From the NCBI GenBank assembly GCA_951406725.2, contig OX597820.1, forward strand, positions 111,042,001 to 111,106,000: 64,000 bases of DNA, written 5' to 3'. Position numbers and translations under genes: made by a program. This stretch comes from Octopus vulgaris (taxonomy: Eukaryota). Under the pieces are notes generated by a model. The model saw only the letters and a list, made by a program, of their open reading frames with translations, ran no database searches and was not told the DNA's origin. Of this stretch, positions 1-13,077 are shown piece after piece (within the stretch, counting starts at the first letter, position 1; each line of letters begins with the position of its first letter).

Positions 1-1345
1 ACAAACTCGAAGAGATGTTCGAGGTGTTTCACGAGTATTTCACCCAGCTTTTCGGGAAGGGCGGCAGACCGGAATGTAGGGAGGAGCTCGCAGACTTCCG
101 CGAGAGGATGCGGTGCGCCGCGCCTCTTGGGCAGGATACGGAATCTTGTGAAGGGCCGATCACAGCTACGGGGGTCGAGGTAGCGGTAGCAGATTGCGGT
201 GGGGACAAATCGCCAAGACTTGATGGTTTGCCTTATGAACTGTATTGTAGTATGCCAGATTTGTTTGGGCATCTACTTGCATGCGTGTACACCAACTGGC
301 AACAGAATTGGAGAATTCCCAAGTCTGTGAACCGGGGGTTGTGGAGATGCTAAGAAAGGACCCAAACAAAGGGGACGTAATTGATAATTTTCGGCCCATC
401 ACTCTCCTTAATGCAGAGTTGAAGATTTTGGCCAGGGTTTTAGCAAAAAGGTTGGCGCGGGTCGTGAGTGGACTTCTTGGGGAAGCGCAAACATGTGCCA
501 TCCTTGGCAGCTCCGTTCACGACAATCTCCACTTTCTACGCCATGCTTTAGAGAGGGTAAATAGAATTTCTGGCAACGGTAGGGCTATGGTCCATTTAGA
601 CCAATCCAAAGTGTTCGATAGGGTTGACCATTTGTAACTGGCGGCGGTCCTTGCGGCAGTTAGTTTCGGCCCGATCTTCCGTGGGCGGGTCATTGCTTTA
701 TACAGCGACATCGAATCGATAGTTCGAGTGAACGGTTTCTTTACGGAGCCGTTCTACGTTGAACAATCGGTGCATCAAGGGTACCCTCTCTCTCCGCTTC
801 TGTACATTTTGGTCCTCGATCCATTGCTGAGGAAGTTGGAGGCTATGAGGGGCACTCCACAATATCTAGGGTGCGGAAAGTCAGCTTCGGCGTACGCGGA
901 TGACATCACTATGATCATATCTCAGGTCGAGCACCTACAGTGGGTAGGTGAGGCCATAAGGGATTACCAAGCGGTGGCAGGAGCAAAAATTAATCGCGAT
1001 AAATCGGTCGGCTTGCTACTCGACACCTGGAGGGGCAAGTCGATACCGTCCGACAACGTCGTGGGACGTTGGATGGACAGTCCGGTGAAAATGCTTGGAA
1101 TTTGGTAAGGTCCAAATCTCCAGATAGAGGAGAATTGGAGCGAGGTGGCGGGCAACTCAGACCTGGTCTGAGCGGAAGCTGTCTCTGAAAGGGAGGGCGG
1201 AGGTTGCAGAGGTGTTTATCACATCTGTAATTACCTACCGCCTGACTGTCATCCCATGTCCCGATTCGTGGCTAAACAAGTTGGAACGCATGCTCTTCCG
1301 CTTTCTGTGGAGGGGCAGGGGACCTCTTGTAAAGCGGTCTATCTG
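1..1345 (+). mobile_element. Tx1/L1-clade LINE, degenerate ORF2 reverse transcriptase fragment
   Basis: Frameshifted ORFs 15-353, 281-637 and 728-1108 carry DGLPYELY, NFRPITLLNAELKILARVLA, LDQSKVFDRVDH, QGYPLSPLLY and AYADD; paralogous to 8340-9530. Confidence 0.9.
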
Positions 1346-1379
1346 CTTATATTAATTATATGTATATAATTAATGTAAT

Positions 1380-1487
<108 letters not shown>

Positions 1488-1547
1488 CGTATATTATTTA
1501 ATATTCACCCTCTCCAAAAGTGCTACAAATGGTTTCATGCTTTAGAA

Positions 1548-1771
1548 AAGTGATTCTCAACTAGGGTCCATATAAGGTTTTGTTGTTAAAATCTATGCGC
1601 AATAAACTTATATTTCTACAATGCACAAAATATTTAAACATTCTTTTATACAATTCTGAATTACATATAATCATAAAAATATAAGAATTTTTATATAATG
1701 AGTGTCGCACCTCCTGAATGAAATAGGAATAAAAAGAGGATCCATAGGCAAAAAATGGTTGAGAAGCACTG
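1548..1771. mobile_element. hAT (Charlie-like) MITE
   Basis: Termini (a)agtgattctcaac and gttgagaagcactg form an imperfect TIR; xxxTAGAx-like flanks; no ORF. Confidence 0.6.
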
Positions 1772-2170
1772 CAGTAGAGATGCAATAAATTGACACATTT
1801 ATATAGCATGCTCTGTACCTCCAAGCAATCTGTCAGGCTCAGTGCATATCGTTAGATGTAGCTAAAAACCAGGACACTGGTCTATGAGAAATTACGTAGG
1901 GGGAAAGAAACCAGAAGAATAAAATGCAAAGAAGATTGATGCAAAATGTGGAATGAGAAGAATGAAAAGAAGAGTATGAAAACCAAGATCTTCATCTACT
2001 GTAAACATATAAATATATATTTTTATTTATGCGAGTGTGCTCATATGTATGGGCGTTATATATGCCTATATGCATGCACACATGTATATGTATGTATGTA
2101 TGTATGTATGTAAGTATGTATATATATATATATGTATATAAATATATGTGTGTGTGTATGTGTGTATATG

Positions 2171-2206
<36 letters not shown>

Positions 2207-2684
2207 TACACACAAACTACAATGGGCATATGTGAGTTTGTGTATGTGTGTGTGTGCGCGCGCACTATACTATTTATTTTTTGTACTATGATTTTCAGTG
2301 GCGACAATTATAACGGCTATGTGTGGGAGTATAAGTATATGCATGCATGATGATATGTGTGTGTGTGTTTGTTTGTGTACACATACCATTCTGTCTTTTT
2401 TTTTTTTGCACAAGTAATCTTCATAGCAGCAATTATAACAGGTGTGTGTGGGTGTATTATAAAAATATTTGTTTTCATCGAAACTCTCGTTTGCATTGCA
2501 GAGTTTTATGTTTATCTTGTCATAAATGAGAAATATGTCTCGTCGCCATTTTGGAAGCTCATCTTCAGAAACAGCGTACCCAAAAATCAATACCGTTGCT
2601 GCTGGCTAAAGCCAAGTCTTCCTTTACAGAACAGATTTATGATAAATGCTACCCTGGCGGTGACTATTCCGTCTTTTTCTTATC

Positions 2685-2941
2685 TTTATCTTTTACTTGT
2701 TTCAGTCATTAGTCTGCGATCAAGCTGGGGCACCACATTGAGAAATCTTAGTCAAACTAGTTGACTCCAGTACTTATTTCCTTTTTAAGCCTGATATTTA
2801 TTATATCGGTTCTTTTGCCGAACCGCTAAGTTACTAGGGACATAAACACGCCAACTCCGGTTGTCAAGCGGCGGTGAGGGACAAACACAGACACAAAAAC
2901 GCACACACTGATATACATATATGTATATGTATACGTATATG

Positions 2942-3013
<72 letters not shown>

Positions 3014-3150
3014 CATATACGACGGCCATCTTTCAGCTTCCGTCTACCAAATCCACTTATAAGAATTTGGTCATCTCGGTACTATAGTAGAAAATATTTG
3101 CCCAAGATGTCACACAGTGCGAGTGAACCCGGAAACATTTGGTTGGGACA
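2685..3150 (-). mobile_element. SINE family A (tRNA-derived head, internal microsatellite)
   Basis: Reverse complement of the copies at 15965 and 21178 (ttccgtctaccaaatccact, aaccgctaagttac, ttgtttcagtca). A further partial copy lies at ~3490-3620. Confidence 0.85.
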
Positions 3151-3723
3151 CACAGGCACGCCTGCGTCTATCACTAAAGTTCACCTATAGAATCCTATGT
3201 CTTTCCTTTTGCTTTTTTTCAGACGCTTGGGTGTAATGGTATGATATACGATAGATATGCTGTGTTCGGAACGTCTAGTGACTACATAGAGGCTCCTCAT
3301 CGATTATTCTCTTTTATGCTATCTCATCTCGAACTTGGGACCACACCAGACTAATAACACGTGGATGGAGACTGCATACTACTCGGGAAAGCTTATTTTT
3401 TATGGGTGGTGGGTGTGAAGCTGATTTCAAGCTGCCCAGGATTAACACACAAACAATGCTTTATTTTCTCCAGTGCGATAATGCAGTGTCAACGTCCCAA
3501 GTACTCACTTTTTTAAAGTCTATCTGTCTCTTTTGTCGAATGCTAAGTTACGGGGACATTAGCAAACCTATATCGGTTGTCAAATGTTCATGGGGTACAA
3601 TCACCGCACAAACACAAATAAACACACATGTACACTACATACACATATATGTAATATTTACATACATGGATGTCTATATATATGTATATATATATATATA
3701 GCTACACACACACATACATACAT

Positions 3724-3762
<39 letters not shown>

Positions 3763-3775
3763 CATACACACACAC

Positions 3776-3835
<60 letters not shown>

Positions 3836-4069
3836 GATAAGTGGTTAAGAGTCCACACAAATCAAAGAGTACAATTAAAAAGTAAATAAAACTGGAAAAG
3901 TCACAAAAGCATTCTAAAATATACTTTTGTAACTTTTCTAACTTTACTTACTTTTTAAATAACATATATATATATAAAATATGAATTAGAGATAAAATCA
4001 CTATTAGGCAACACAAACAGTGATAGACATAAGCCAATACATAAAGAAAAGATATTATAAATATAATTA

Positions 4070-4112
<43 letters not shown>

Positions 4113-4175
4113 AAAAATAAAAAAATTTTTGCAAAGAGTATAAAAAGAATGATAAATATAATATAATAAGTAAAA

Positions 4176-4278
4176 ACACTATGTACGTTTCATGGCTATA
4201 ATTAAATTCGAATTACAATTAAGTTTAAATTCAATTGAAATAAATTCGAACTAAAATTATAGTCAATCTTCAGGTTAA
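4176..4278 (-). ncRNA. Degenerate type I hammerhead ribozyme-like motif with long stem II
   Basis: Minus strand: CTGAAGA-ttgactataatt...aattatagcca-t-GAAAC-GTAC-ATA; stem I is weak. Confidence 0.5.
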
Positions 4279-4667
4279 TGATAATAGTTAAATAAATAAG
4301 CAAATAGAGTTAAACAATATTTTTTTTAAAATAAATAAAATAATAATTTTTCTTATAAAAAATCTCCATTATCTAAATTAGAAACTTAAAACATTAGGAT
4401 TATGTCATACAACCCATTTATTATGTTAAATATTTATTTTTAAGTTAAAAAAAAATTAGATAGAAATATGTATTTATCTATGAAGATATAATATGGCTTT
4501 AAAAAACATAATAAACTCACAAATATCCTTAACTCAGTTAAGGATGTACATACCTACATATATATGTATATATACATGTATATATGGGTACAGGACATCA
4601 AAACAACGTTGAATACAATGAGAAACGAAAACATAAAAGCAAAAAACATAGAAACGAACTTTTTATC

Positions 4668-4748
<81 letters not shown>

Positions 4749-5112
4749 ATAGAAAAGATCCCGAGGAACGGTTAAAAGGTAGCCATATAAGGTAGGTGTC
4801 CCATAAGCGTCCTAGGAATTAGTAATCACACTTGCGTGGGAGTTAATTCTGAGAAGTGAGACGTGTTTTGGAGAACATAAGAATAATGTAAAAGGGAGGA
4901 AAACGCTCAAGATATTATTTAAATCATTTATATCACAATACATATGTATGTATGTGGATATGTATATATGTGTGTGTGTGCGTGTGCATGTGTGTATATG
5001 TATGTACATATATAGATATATGTATATGCATATATATATATATATATATATATATCACATATTGTAGTTTCTTGCATCTGTTAAAATGACTTATTGATGA
5101 ACACTGTTGTTT

Positions 5113-5205
5113 ATATCCTCCCTGATAAGATGGATGCATTTTTCTATATTATTCTTTCTCTCGGATTTATTTTAATGCATCTATCGAAACATATGTCGGT
5201 AATAT
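5113..5205 (+). ncRNA. Type I hammerhead-like motif (G8>A, probably inactive)
   Basis: CTGATAA-gatggatgcatt...aatgcatctatc-GAAA-CATATG-TC; 12-bp stem II, palindromic stem III ACATATGT, GUC triplet at 5195-5197. Confidence 0.65.
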
Positions 5206-5263
5206 GGTGATATAAATGATTTAAATAACATATTGAGAGTTTGTCGCCATTTTCCATTATATA

Positions 5264-5331
<68 letters not shown>

Positions 5332-5335
<4 letters not shown>

Positions 5336-6474
5336 GCCATCCCATAAGTAATGTCTGAATTTGGGTACAGAAAAAAAGTGATCTAATTTTACATTTTATT
5401 AAAATTTTATTCTGTATATATTTCCCATCATAATTGATGATTTCATTCCATCTACTTTCATTCCATCTAAAATTCCATTGGTGAAAAATTCTTTTGGTTT
5501 TGATGAGAAGAAGGAAGATAGGTCAGTTTCAACCTCTTTGTAACTTTTGAATCAACTAAATGATTTTGTAAGCTTCGAAACTGATGGTAATCAGAAGGAG
5601 CGAGACCAGGGAATAAGGCATGTGGGGGATTTTTCCCAGCTAAGTTTTTCGATTTTTCTGCTGTAATCATTGTAGTGTGGGAACTTGTATTATCATGATG
5701 AAGCACCACACCCTTACAGTTTGCCAAAACATGCTCTTTTTCTTCAAACTCTTTAATTTGGACTATAAGTGTGAACAGTAATTGTTTCATTAGTTTTGGG
5801 GTCGTAGTTTAGCCTGTTCTCCACAACTAAACCACTGCCTACGTCGCTTAACATTTCATTAAAAAAAACCACTTTTCATCACCAGACACTAATCTGTCCA
5901 AAAATGGTTAGATACATTCACGAGAGTGAGGAAATTTCCACTCGTGATTTTTGGTTGGGCAATTCATTTTCCGAGTTTGGACACTTTTCCATGCTGTTGA
6001 AGAAGGTGTCTATCAGTTGAATTACATGAATTGAGCTTGCTACCCAGTTCTTCAACTATCACAGCATTATTCTTCTCAAGCTCTGGCATCGAATTCAACA
6101 GGGCGTTCTATTCGTAGCTTCCCTCTTAGGCTGAAATCATCATTTTTGAACTTGGCAAAACATTTTCAACTTTTTCGTTGCAAACCATCTTCCGCAACTT
6201 CTTTCGTTCAAGCTGCTACTGCACTATTCCCTTTTCTGCATTCATAAAGCATTATATGACTTAAATGTTCCTTCATTGCGTCGATCTTTGAGAGGTTAAT
6301 ATAAGTAATTAATTCAGTCAGATTATATGCTGTAAAAAGAAATTATATTAAGTTAAAGCTTTCCAAATTCATATGAGTAACACAATCAATACTATTTGAC
6401 ATTTTAATAATACTGTAAAATTTTATGGAAATTACATATATGACATTTCGGACATTATTTACAAGATGACCTGG
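5332..6474 (-). mobile_element. Mariner transposon, full length with TIRs, transposase decayed
   Basis: TIRs tcaggccatcccataagtaatgtc / gacattatttacaagatgacctgg flanked by TA; motifs LVSGDEKW, HHDNTSSH, LAPSDYHQFRSLQNHL. Confidence 0.9.
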
Positions 6475-6692
6475 TATGTATGTATGTATGTATGTATGTA
6501 TGCATGCATGTATGTATGTATGTATGTATGTATGTATGTATGTATGTATGTATGTATGTATGTATGTATGTATGTATGTATGTATGTATGCATGCATGTA
6601 TGTATGTATGTATGTATGTATGTATGTATGTATGTATGTATGTATGTATGTATGTATTTTGTGTGTATGTGTGTATGTATGTATATATATAT
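6474..6692. repeat. (TATG)n microsatellite, representative of many (also 45075-45545, 60370-60625)
   Basis: Direct tandem repeat. Confidence 0.95.
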
Positions 6693-6741
6693 AAGCAATA
6701 ATAAATCTCTGAACGAGGTATGAACAGTAGCTGCACGACAA

Positions 6742-9700
6742 TGTGAAGCATATTTGCCACTTAAATGTGGCTAACCACTAAGGGTGGGTGTTACTGTAGC
6801 CTGTAACCCCAGGAGAACATCTTCTCCAGCTGGCTATTGACACACTTTCTGTTCCCTATCAGTATTTGCAAAGGGAAGTCATACCTCACATTGTTGTGCA
6901 GTTACTGTTTATACCTCGTTCAGAGATTTATTATTGCTTGTTTACACTTTTTCGAGATCAGTTACTTTTCGTCACTGGAAAAAGGATATATGTGTTTGCA
7001 TTGGAACCCCTTCGCATCAAAGACCGCTGATTCTTTCAATTTTTCCTTGGATTTATGTCGATTTTTTTCTGCTGCAAGCTAACTGTTGTTTGAGTTCATT
7101 TTTGTCTGTCATTTTTGTTCTCGTGTTGCACGTTGACTTTTGAACTGTTGTCTTTTTGACACACAGTAATTTTCGCCCTACGGGGAAGAAAATTTCTGTT
7201 TTTTGCGCGAACTGTTAACCTTTACAGTTTATTTTTGAAAAATTCCTTTTTTTCTTGTCATTTGTGACAGGTTTCTCTTGTTTTGCAATGGAACTTGACT
7301 TTACGTCAAAAACAGATTTTCCCGAGATGGGAGAAGGTAAAAACGTCGACAAACAAAAGGTCACCCAGACTAAACAAAGTTTTTCTGACGCGGTAGGCGG
7401 CAATATTGTAGAACTGGGTGTCTCTCCTTCCACTCCTCCTCGCCGAGCTTTGCATATCTCTACCAGCGGGGTGGGATTGGAGAATTTTTTTGTGTTATTC
7501 GTCTGCATTATTAATTTTCTTTTTTGTTTGGCGTGGGGAGTCCGGAGTGTTAGATTTTTTTCCTTTTGTTTGTCACAATCGTGTACTCCATTTCTTCTTC
7601 TTTTTCCTTTGTTAGATGTTTTTCCTCCTTTTCTTTTTCGTCTTGTTTTTCATTCTTTTTCTTTTCCTCCTTTTGAATTTCAGTTTGTTTTTTACCCGTG
7701 TTTTCTTTAGCTGTTGCTGTGTTGTCTGCTTTGTTGTTCTCTGTGTTTTTCACAGCGTTTTGAAAAGGGGCATTAACCGTTTTTTCTTCGTGCATTCGGA
7801 GCGAACGTGGCTCTTCTGTCCGCACTTGAAAAACACGGGTCGATAGTGTGGGCTCAACTGATAGAAAAGGGAATCCTTGCCTCAAGGGTCTACTAGAGAG
7901 CTATAATCTAGTAGACCGTTACCGACTGAATGGGCCGAGCGTTCCACAGTGGACGTGGAGTAACAACGACGGCTCACGCAGATCGTACCTAGATAGGGTA
8001 TTTATTAAGGAAAGAGATAAGAATAGTGTCAGTTGTCCACAATTTTGTATTGTGCCTTACGCTGATCACAAGCTTGTAACGTGTGAGGTACATGTAGATA
8101 AATGTCATAGACAGGGACCCGGGTATTGAAAAATGAACAAGTCTATTTTGACTTGTGAAGCTTTCCGTACCCGGATTAAGGTGTTAGTTCAGAGGGCATT
8201 ATGTGGCACCATCATTAACAATAGATGATGGCACGCCCTCAAAAGAGCCATCCGTTTAGAGTCCATTAGATTTAGCAAGCAGCTAAGTTTAGATAGGACT
8301 AGAATAGAGGGCGATTTAGTTAAGAACTTAGACAAGGCAATGGAATCTGGCTCTGCATCTAGAGTGTTGGCAGCGAGAACGATTTTGTACCGCCACCTCA
8401 ACGCCGAGCATGAAGGTTGCAGAGTCAGAGCCAAGCTACGTGCAGGGAAACGAGAAGGTATTAATGTTGCCCGGTGGGCACGTCGTGAGCAGAGAGGTAA
8501 AAAGTCCTCTATAAAGTCTTTAACGGACGAGCGAGGGCGCAAGATCTATGGACAGGAGGAGGTGCAGAAAGACTTTCACCAGCATTTCGCTCGTTTGTTC
8601 GGGGAGAGTAGTCCGCCTGGGAGAGGGAAGGCCTTAAAAGACTTCCTAGCCGGTGGGCCACGATTCTCGGCACGTGAAGCTGAATGCTGTGAAGGACCGA
8701 TCACTCCCGCGGAAGTAAGTGTTAGCCAAGTGAGCCGGGGAAAAGTCGCCGGGGTAAGATGGTCTGCCCTACGAGTTTTATCATTGTATGCTGGACTTGT
8801 TCGGGGAATTACTGGCAGTCATCTACGCAAACATAATGGGAGGATTCCCAGTTCTGTGAGCCGGGGAGTTGTGACGCTGGTCCCGAAAGACCCGAGCAAG
8901 GGGGATAGTATCGGTAATTATAGGCCCATAACTCTACTTAATGTAGAGTTAAAGATTTTGGCCAAGGTGCTGGCAAAAAGGTTGACGGCTGTCGTGGAGA
9001 AACTTGTCGGGAAGGCGCAGACATGCGCATTCCCAGGCAGGTCAATCCAGGATAATCTTCACCTCCTTCGCTACACCTTAGATAGGGTTGGGAAATTAGA
9101 CCAAAGTAAAGCGTTCGATACGGTAGACCATCGGTACCTGGAGGCGGTCCTCGAAGCGGCTGGGCTGGGCCCTGGCTTTCGCGGGTGGATCTCTGCCATG
9201 TACAACGGCATCAAGTCCACAGTCCAGATAAACGGCTACCTAGCGGAGCCGTTTTCGATCAAGCCTTCTGTTCGTCAAGGGTGTCCCTTGTCTTCGCTTC
9301 TATACGTTTTGGCTCTTGAACCATTGCCGCGGAAGTTGGAGAAGTTAGGAAGCAACCCAAATGAAATCGGATGCGGTAGATTTATTTCAGCTTATGCGGA
9401 TGACGTCGCCCTCATCGTGTCCAATGAAGCACAGCTACCTCGTGTAGAAGATACTCTCCGAAGATACGAAGTGGTGGCAGGGGCAAAAGTTAACAAGGAC
9501 AAGTCTATCGGTTTGCGCCTCGGCACCTGAAGGAACAACCCGATATCTTCCAGTGTCGTTGGACACTAGACAGATGGTCCTGTTAAGTTGCTTGGAGTTT
9601 GGTTTGGTCCGGACTCCCAGACGGAGAAGAATTGAAGTGAGGTAGTGGACAAGGTGGAGGCCATAGTACGGAAGTGGTCCGGAAGCCCTCTGTCCTTGAA

Positions 9701-10952
9701 GGGTAGGGCGGAGGTGGTGCAGGTGTTTATAGCATCTGTAATCACCTACTGCCTGTCTGTTGTGCCTTACCCTGATTCTTGGCTAAGCAAGCTGGAATGA
9801 CTCCTATTCCGCTTTTTGTGGAGAGGGGGAAAGTCACTTGTGAGGCGCTCTGTGTGCTACCAGCAACCGCTAAAGGGTGGCTTGGGGATGCCCTGGCTAA
9901 TGATGCGCAGACATGCGTTGAGGCCGAGACATCTCTGGTGCCACCTGAAGGGTGATAAGGTGTGGAGTCCGATGGCGGAGGAGTTCTTGCCGCGACCGGC
10001 CTCTTTGGAGAGATTTAAACCCGGTTTCATTAAAAGACGTAACCTGACTTTATGGCAGAAGGAGTGCCGTCAGGCACTCTGGCTGATCCACAAGACGGGC
10101 AAGGCCGACTGCAGGAATACCACCTCGGTGTTCTATAGAATGGAAGGTATTGTGAGAGGGTCCTTCGTCTCCGACCCCAGTTTGTTATATTACTTCAGAT
10201 ATCATCTGAAGAGCAAGATGGGGTTGGAGAGGAAGACCTTGCCACCGAATGAATATGAAAAACAATGGAAGGAAGTGATGAGAAAGGTGGGTTTTAGTAA
10301 CCCAGCTTAATCATCGAAGAAAGGAAAAACTAGTTGCTGGGCCTTATAGACTGCGGGTTAAAATTTTGAACCTGCATTTTTCCCTTTTTCCTTTTTAGCG
10401 TATGTTTTGTCTCTAGTTTTATTTTAAAAAACACAAAAAAGTTCTCGTACAAAGGCAAAAGTAGGCCAATTATTCGTTTAAAGGCAAAAGTAAGCCAAGG
10501 TTTCGTTTATGTCATAGTTAAATTTTTAAAAGTCTCATTCGAACTCATGTGACATTTTTGTATTTGTCTGTCTTGTTATGTCATTTTCTATGTTAGATCT
10601 CATGATCATAATAAAGATTTTATCGAAGACCGGTGATTGTGTGCGCTGACAACGGGTAAATACCAGAAACCCGGATCCGTGTGTATCACGTCAGGTCGAC
10701 TATGGGAAGTACGGCTTCCCTTTGCAAATACTTTTTTCTTTACTACCCACAAGGGGCTAAACACAGAGGGGACAAACAAGGACAGAGACACGGATTAAGT
10801 CGATTACATCGACCCCAGTGCGTAACTGGTACTTAATACTGATAGGGCACAGAAAGTGTGTCCATAGCCAGCTGGAGAAGCCGTTCTCCTGGGGCTATAA
10901 GCTGCGCTAGCATTTATCCTTAGTGGTTAGCCACATTTAAGTGCAAATATAC

Positions 10953-10958
<6 letters not shown>
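6742..10958 (+). mobile_element. Tx1/L1-clade LINE (5'UTR, rearranged ORF1, APE endonuclease + RT ORF2, T-rich 3'UTR) bracketed by inverted repeats
   Basis: ORF1 start at 7288 (MELDF...). APE motifs QWTW, SYLDRVF, YADHKLV (7848-8129). RT motifs NYRPITLLN, LDQSKAFD, RQGCPLS, AYADD (8340-9530). C-terminus runs to 10310, AATAAA at ~10610. Arms 6742-6939 and 10607-10958 are mutually inverted. Confidence 0.9.
10733..10834 (-). mobile_element. SINE family B, 5'-truncated, inserted into the right arm
   Basis: Matches the 3' half of 32491-32728; AATACT duplicated at 10727-10732 and 10835-10840. Confidence 0.85.
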
Positions 10959-11008
<50 letters not shown>

Positions 11009-11106
11009 TGCATGTTGCTTCTATTTGTTGCCCACACGCATGGACTTATGTGTATGAAGAAGAAGAATATTGTAATAACCCTGGTCTAACTGTATGTTAT
11101 ATATAT

Positions 11107-11176
<70 letters not shown>

Positions 11177-11324
11177 ACATTGACTGTGATCCTAAAATTT
11201 ACATCTTTCGTAACTATTTGTTTATATTGCATCGTAGTATGCGGTATATTGGAGTCTACTGTAATATGTATTGTGAAATGAAGATTACACCGAATCTAAT
11301 AATAATATTATTATTAATAAATAT

Positions 11325-11389
<65 letters not shown>

Positions 11390-11713
11390 CAACAACAACA
11401 ACAACAATAATAATAATAATAATAGTAATAATAATAGTATTAGTAATAATTAAGTATTATATGTCTATTCATGAATATAGATGTGTGTGTATATTCCAGT
11501 ATATATGTATATATATATGATTAATTGTCTATATTCTTGTACGTATGTTTAATTGTGCCTATTTATGTATTTATGTACATGTATAGGTGTATATATTTTG
11601 CTTATGTATATATATGTGTATGTATATATGGACATGTATTTATATTTATATATATATCAAATTGTACGTGTATACTGTTTCATGTATATATTTATATTTT
11701 GAAAGTACTTTAT

Positions 11714-11760
11714 AATCTCTGACGAGGCCTATATAAGTACTGGAACAGCTGTAAGCGATT
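11714..11760 (+). ncRNA. Degenerate minimal type I hammerhead-like motif
   Basis: aatct-CTGACGA-ggcctatataagtact-GGAA-CAGCTG-TA-agcgatt; palindromic stem III ACAGCTGT; GAAA mutated to GGAA. Confidence 0.55.
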
Positions 11761-11949
11761 TTTAATGATTCTAACAATTTATATTAATGTTTTTTTAATA
11801 ACTATTTGTAGTCTTATCTTAAATGTATTGAATTTTATCCTGTATATATGCATGTTATTATGGTTGTAGTTTTGTTAATTAAATAAGACAACATTCTAAT
11901 ATCCTAAAGCTGATAAACCAACTAATGTGTTTCTCCATTTTCATATTTG

Positions 11950-12022
<73 letters not shown>

Positions 12023-12238
12023 ATTTCAAAATGTAACCACATGTGAATCGTTGGCGATTTTTTTTACTCCGTCTTCCTTTTCTACTGGACTTTCCTCTGT
12101 CTCCTGTTTCCGAAAAAGAGTTTTGCTTGAAACATAAAACCACCTTTTTTTCCTTCCTTGAGCGTCTGCTAATACTTTACATGTACCACGTCTTTGCGTT
12201 GTTGGTTTTTTTGTGTTAGTTCTTCGTTTTTGTGGATT

Positions 12239-12317
<79 letters not shown>

Positions 12318-12322
<5 letters not shown>

Positions 12323-13007
12323 ATGAGATAAATTGAATATTTATTTAATTAATTTCAATTTAAATCCAGTAGCTTAGCATATAAAAAATCTGAAAAATCA
12401 GAGAAAATTTCAATACATGTGTATATTTAGGGCTAAACCACCAGGTGGATAACCATACGCTAAAAGAAGATCACATACGATCTAACTACAAAGAAGGAAT
12501 GTTCTACAGAGAAAAATTCAGCGAACACCAGAACATGAGCAGTCAAGACAGATGAAAATTATATAAAAATCAAGAATTAATCGTATACCAATTTCGTCTA
12601 TTACCGAATAAATTACCTACGTAATCATTCGTCCGCAGACTCGTCAGTACGATCGTTCCAATTAAAAAAAAATTGCAAAACTAAACACTAGTTGTCCATA
12701 TAAAACCAGACACGTGCTTAGTTCTACCGATCACATTGGGGTTATTTTCAAACGTCTAAGTTCTGGCGCGCTAAATTCCGGAAACAGTTCTGCAGTAGAT
12801 AATTTACTGCAGTTAATGTTGCCAATTAGAGAACATAATTATTTTAACATTTAAATAATGAGGGAGATAAATTGAATATTAATTTAATAACAATTTAAAA
12901 CCCGTAGCTTAGCATATATAAAAAATCTGAAAAATCAGAGAAAATTTCAATACATGTGTATATTTAGGGCTAAACCACTAGGTGAATAAATATACACATG
13001 TATTGAA

Positions 13008-13009
<2 letters not shown>
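12318..13009 (-). mobile_element. Non-coding Penelope-pLTR/retrozyme-like element (1.25 units plus 5' inversion)
   Basis: Direct repeat 12318-12450 / 12853-12988 (period ~535); 22-bp inverted tip 12988-13009; internal hammerhead; (TA)n flanks. Confidence 0.75.
12580..12653 (-). ncRNA. Type I hammerhead ribozyme-like motif
   Basis: atcgta-CTGACGA-gtct...agac-GAAA-ttgg-TA-tacgat: perfect 6-bp stem I and extended stem II; stem III looks like a decayed ACCGGT palindrome. Confidence 0.75.
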
Positions 13010-13056
<47 letters not shown>

Positions 13057-13077
13057 TGTTTGTGTTTGTGTGTATAA

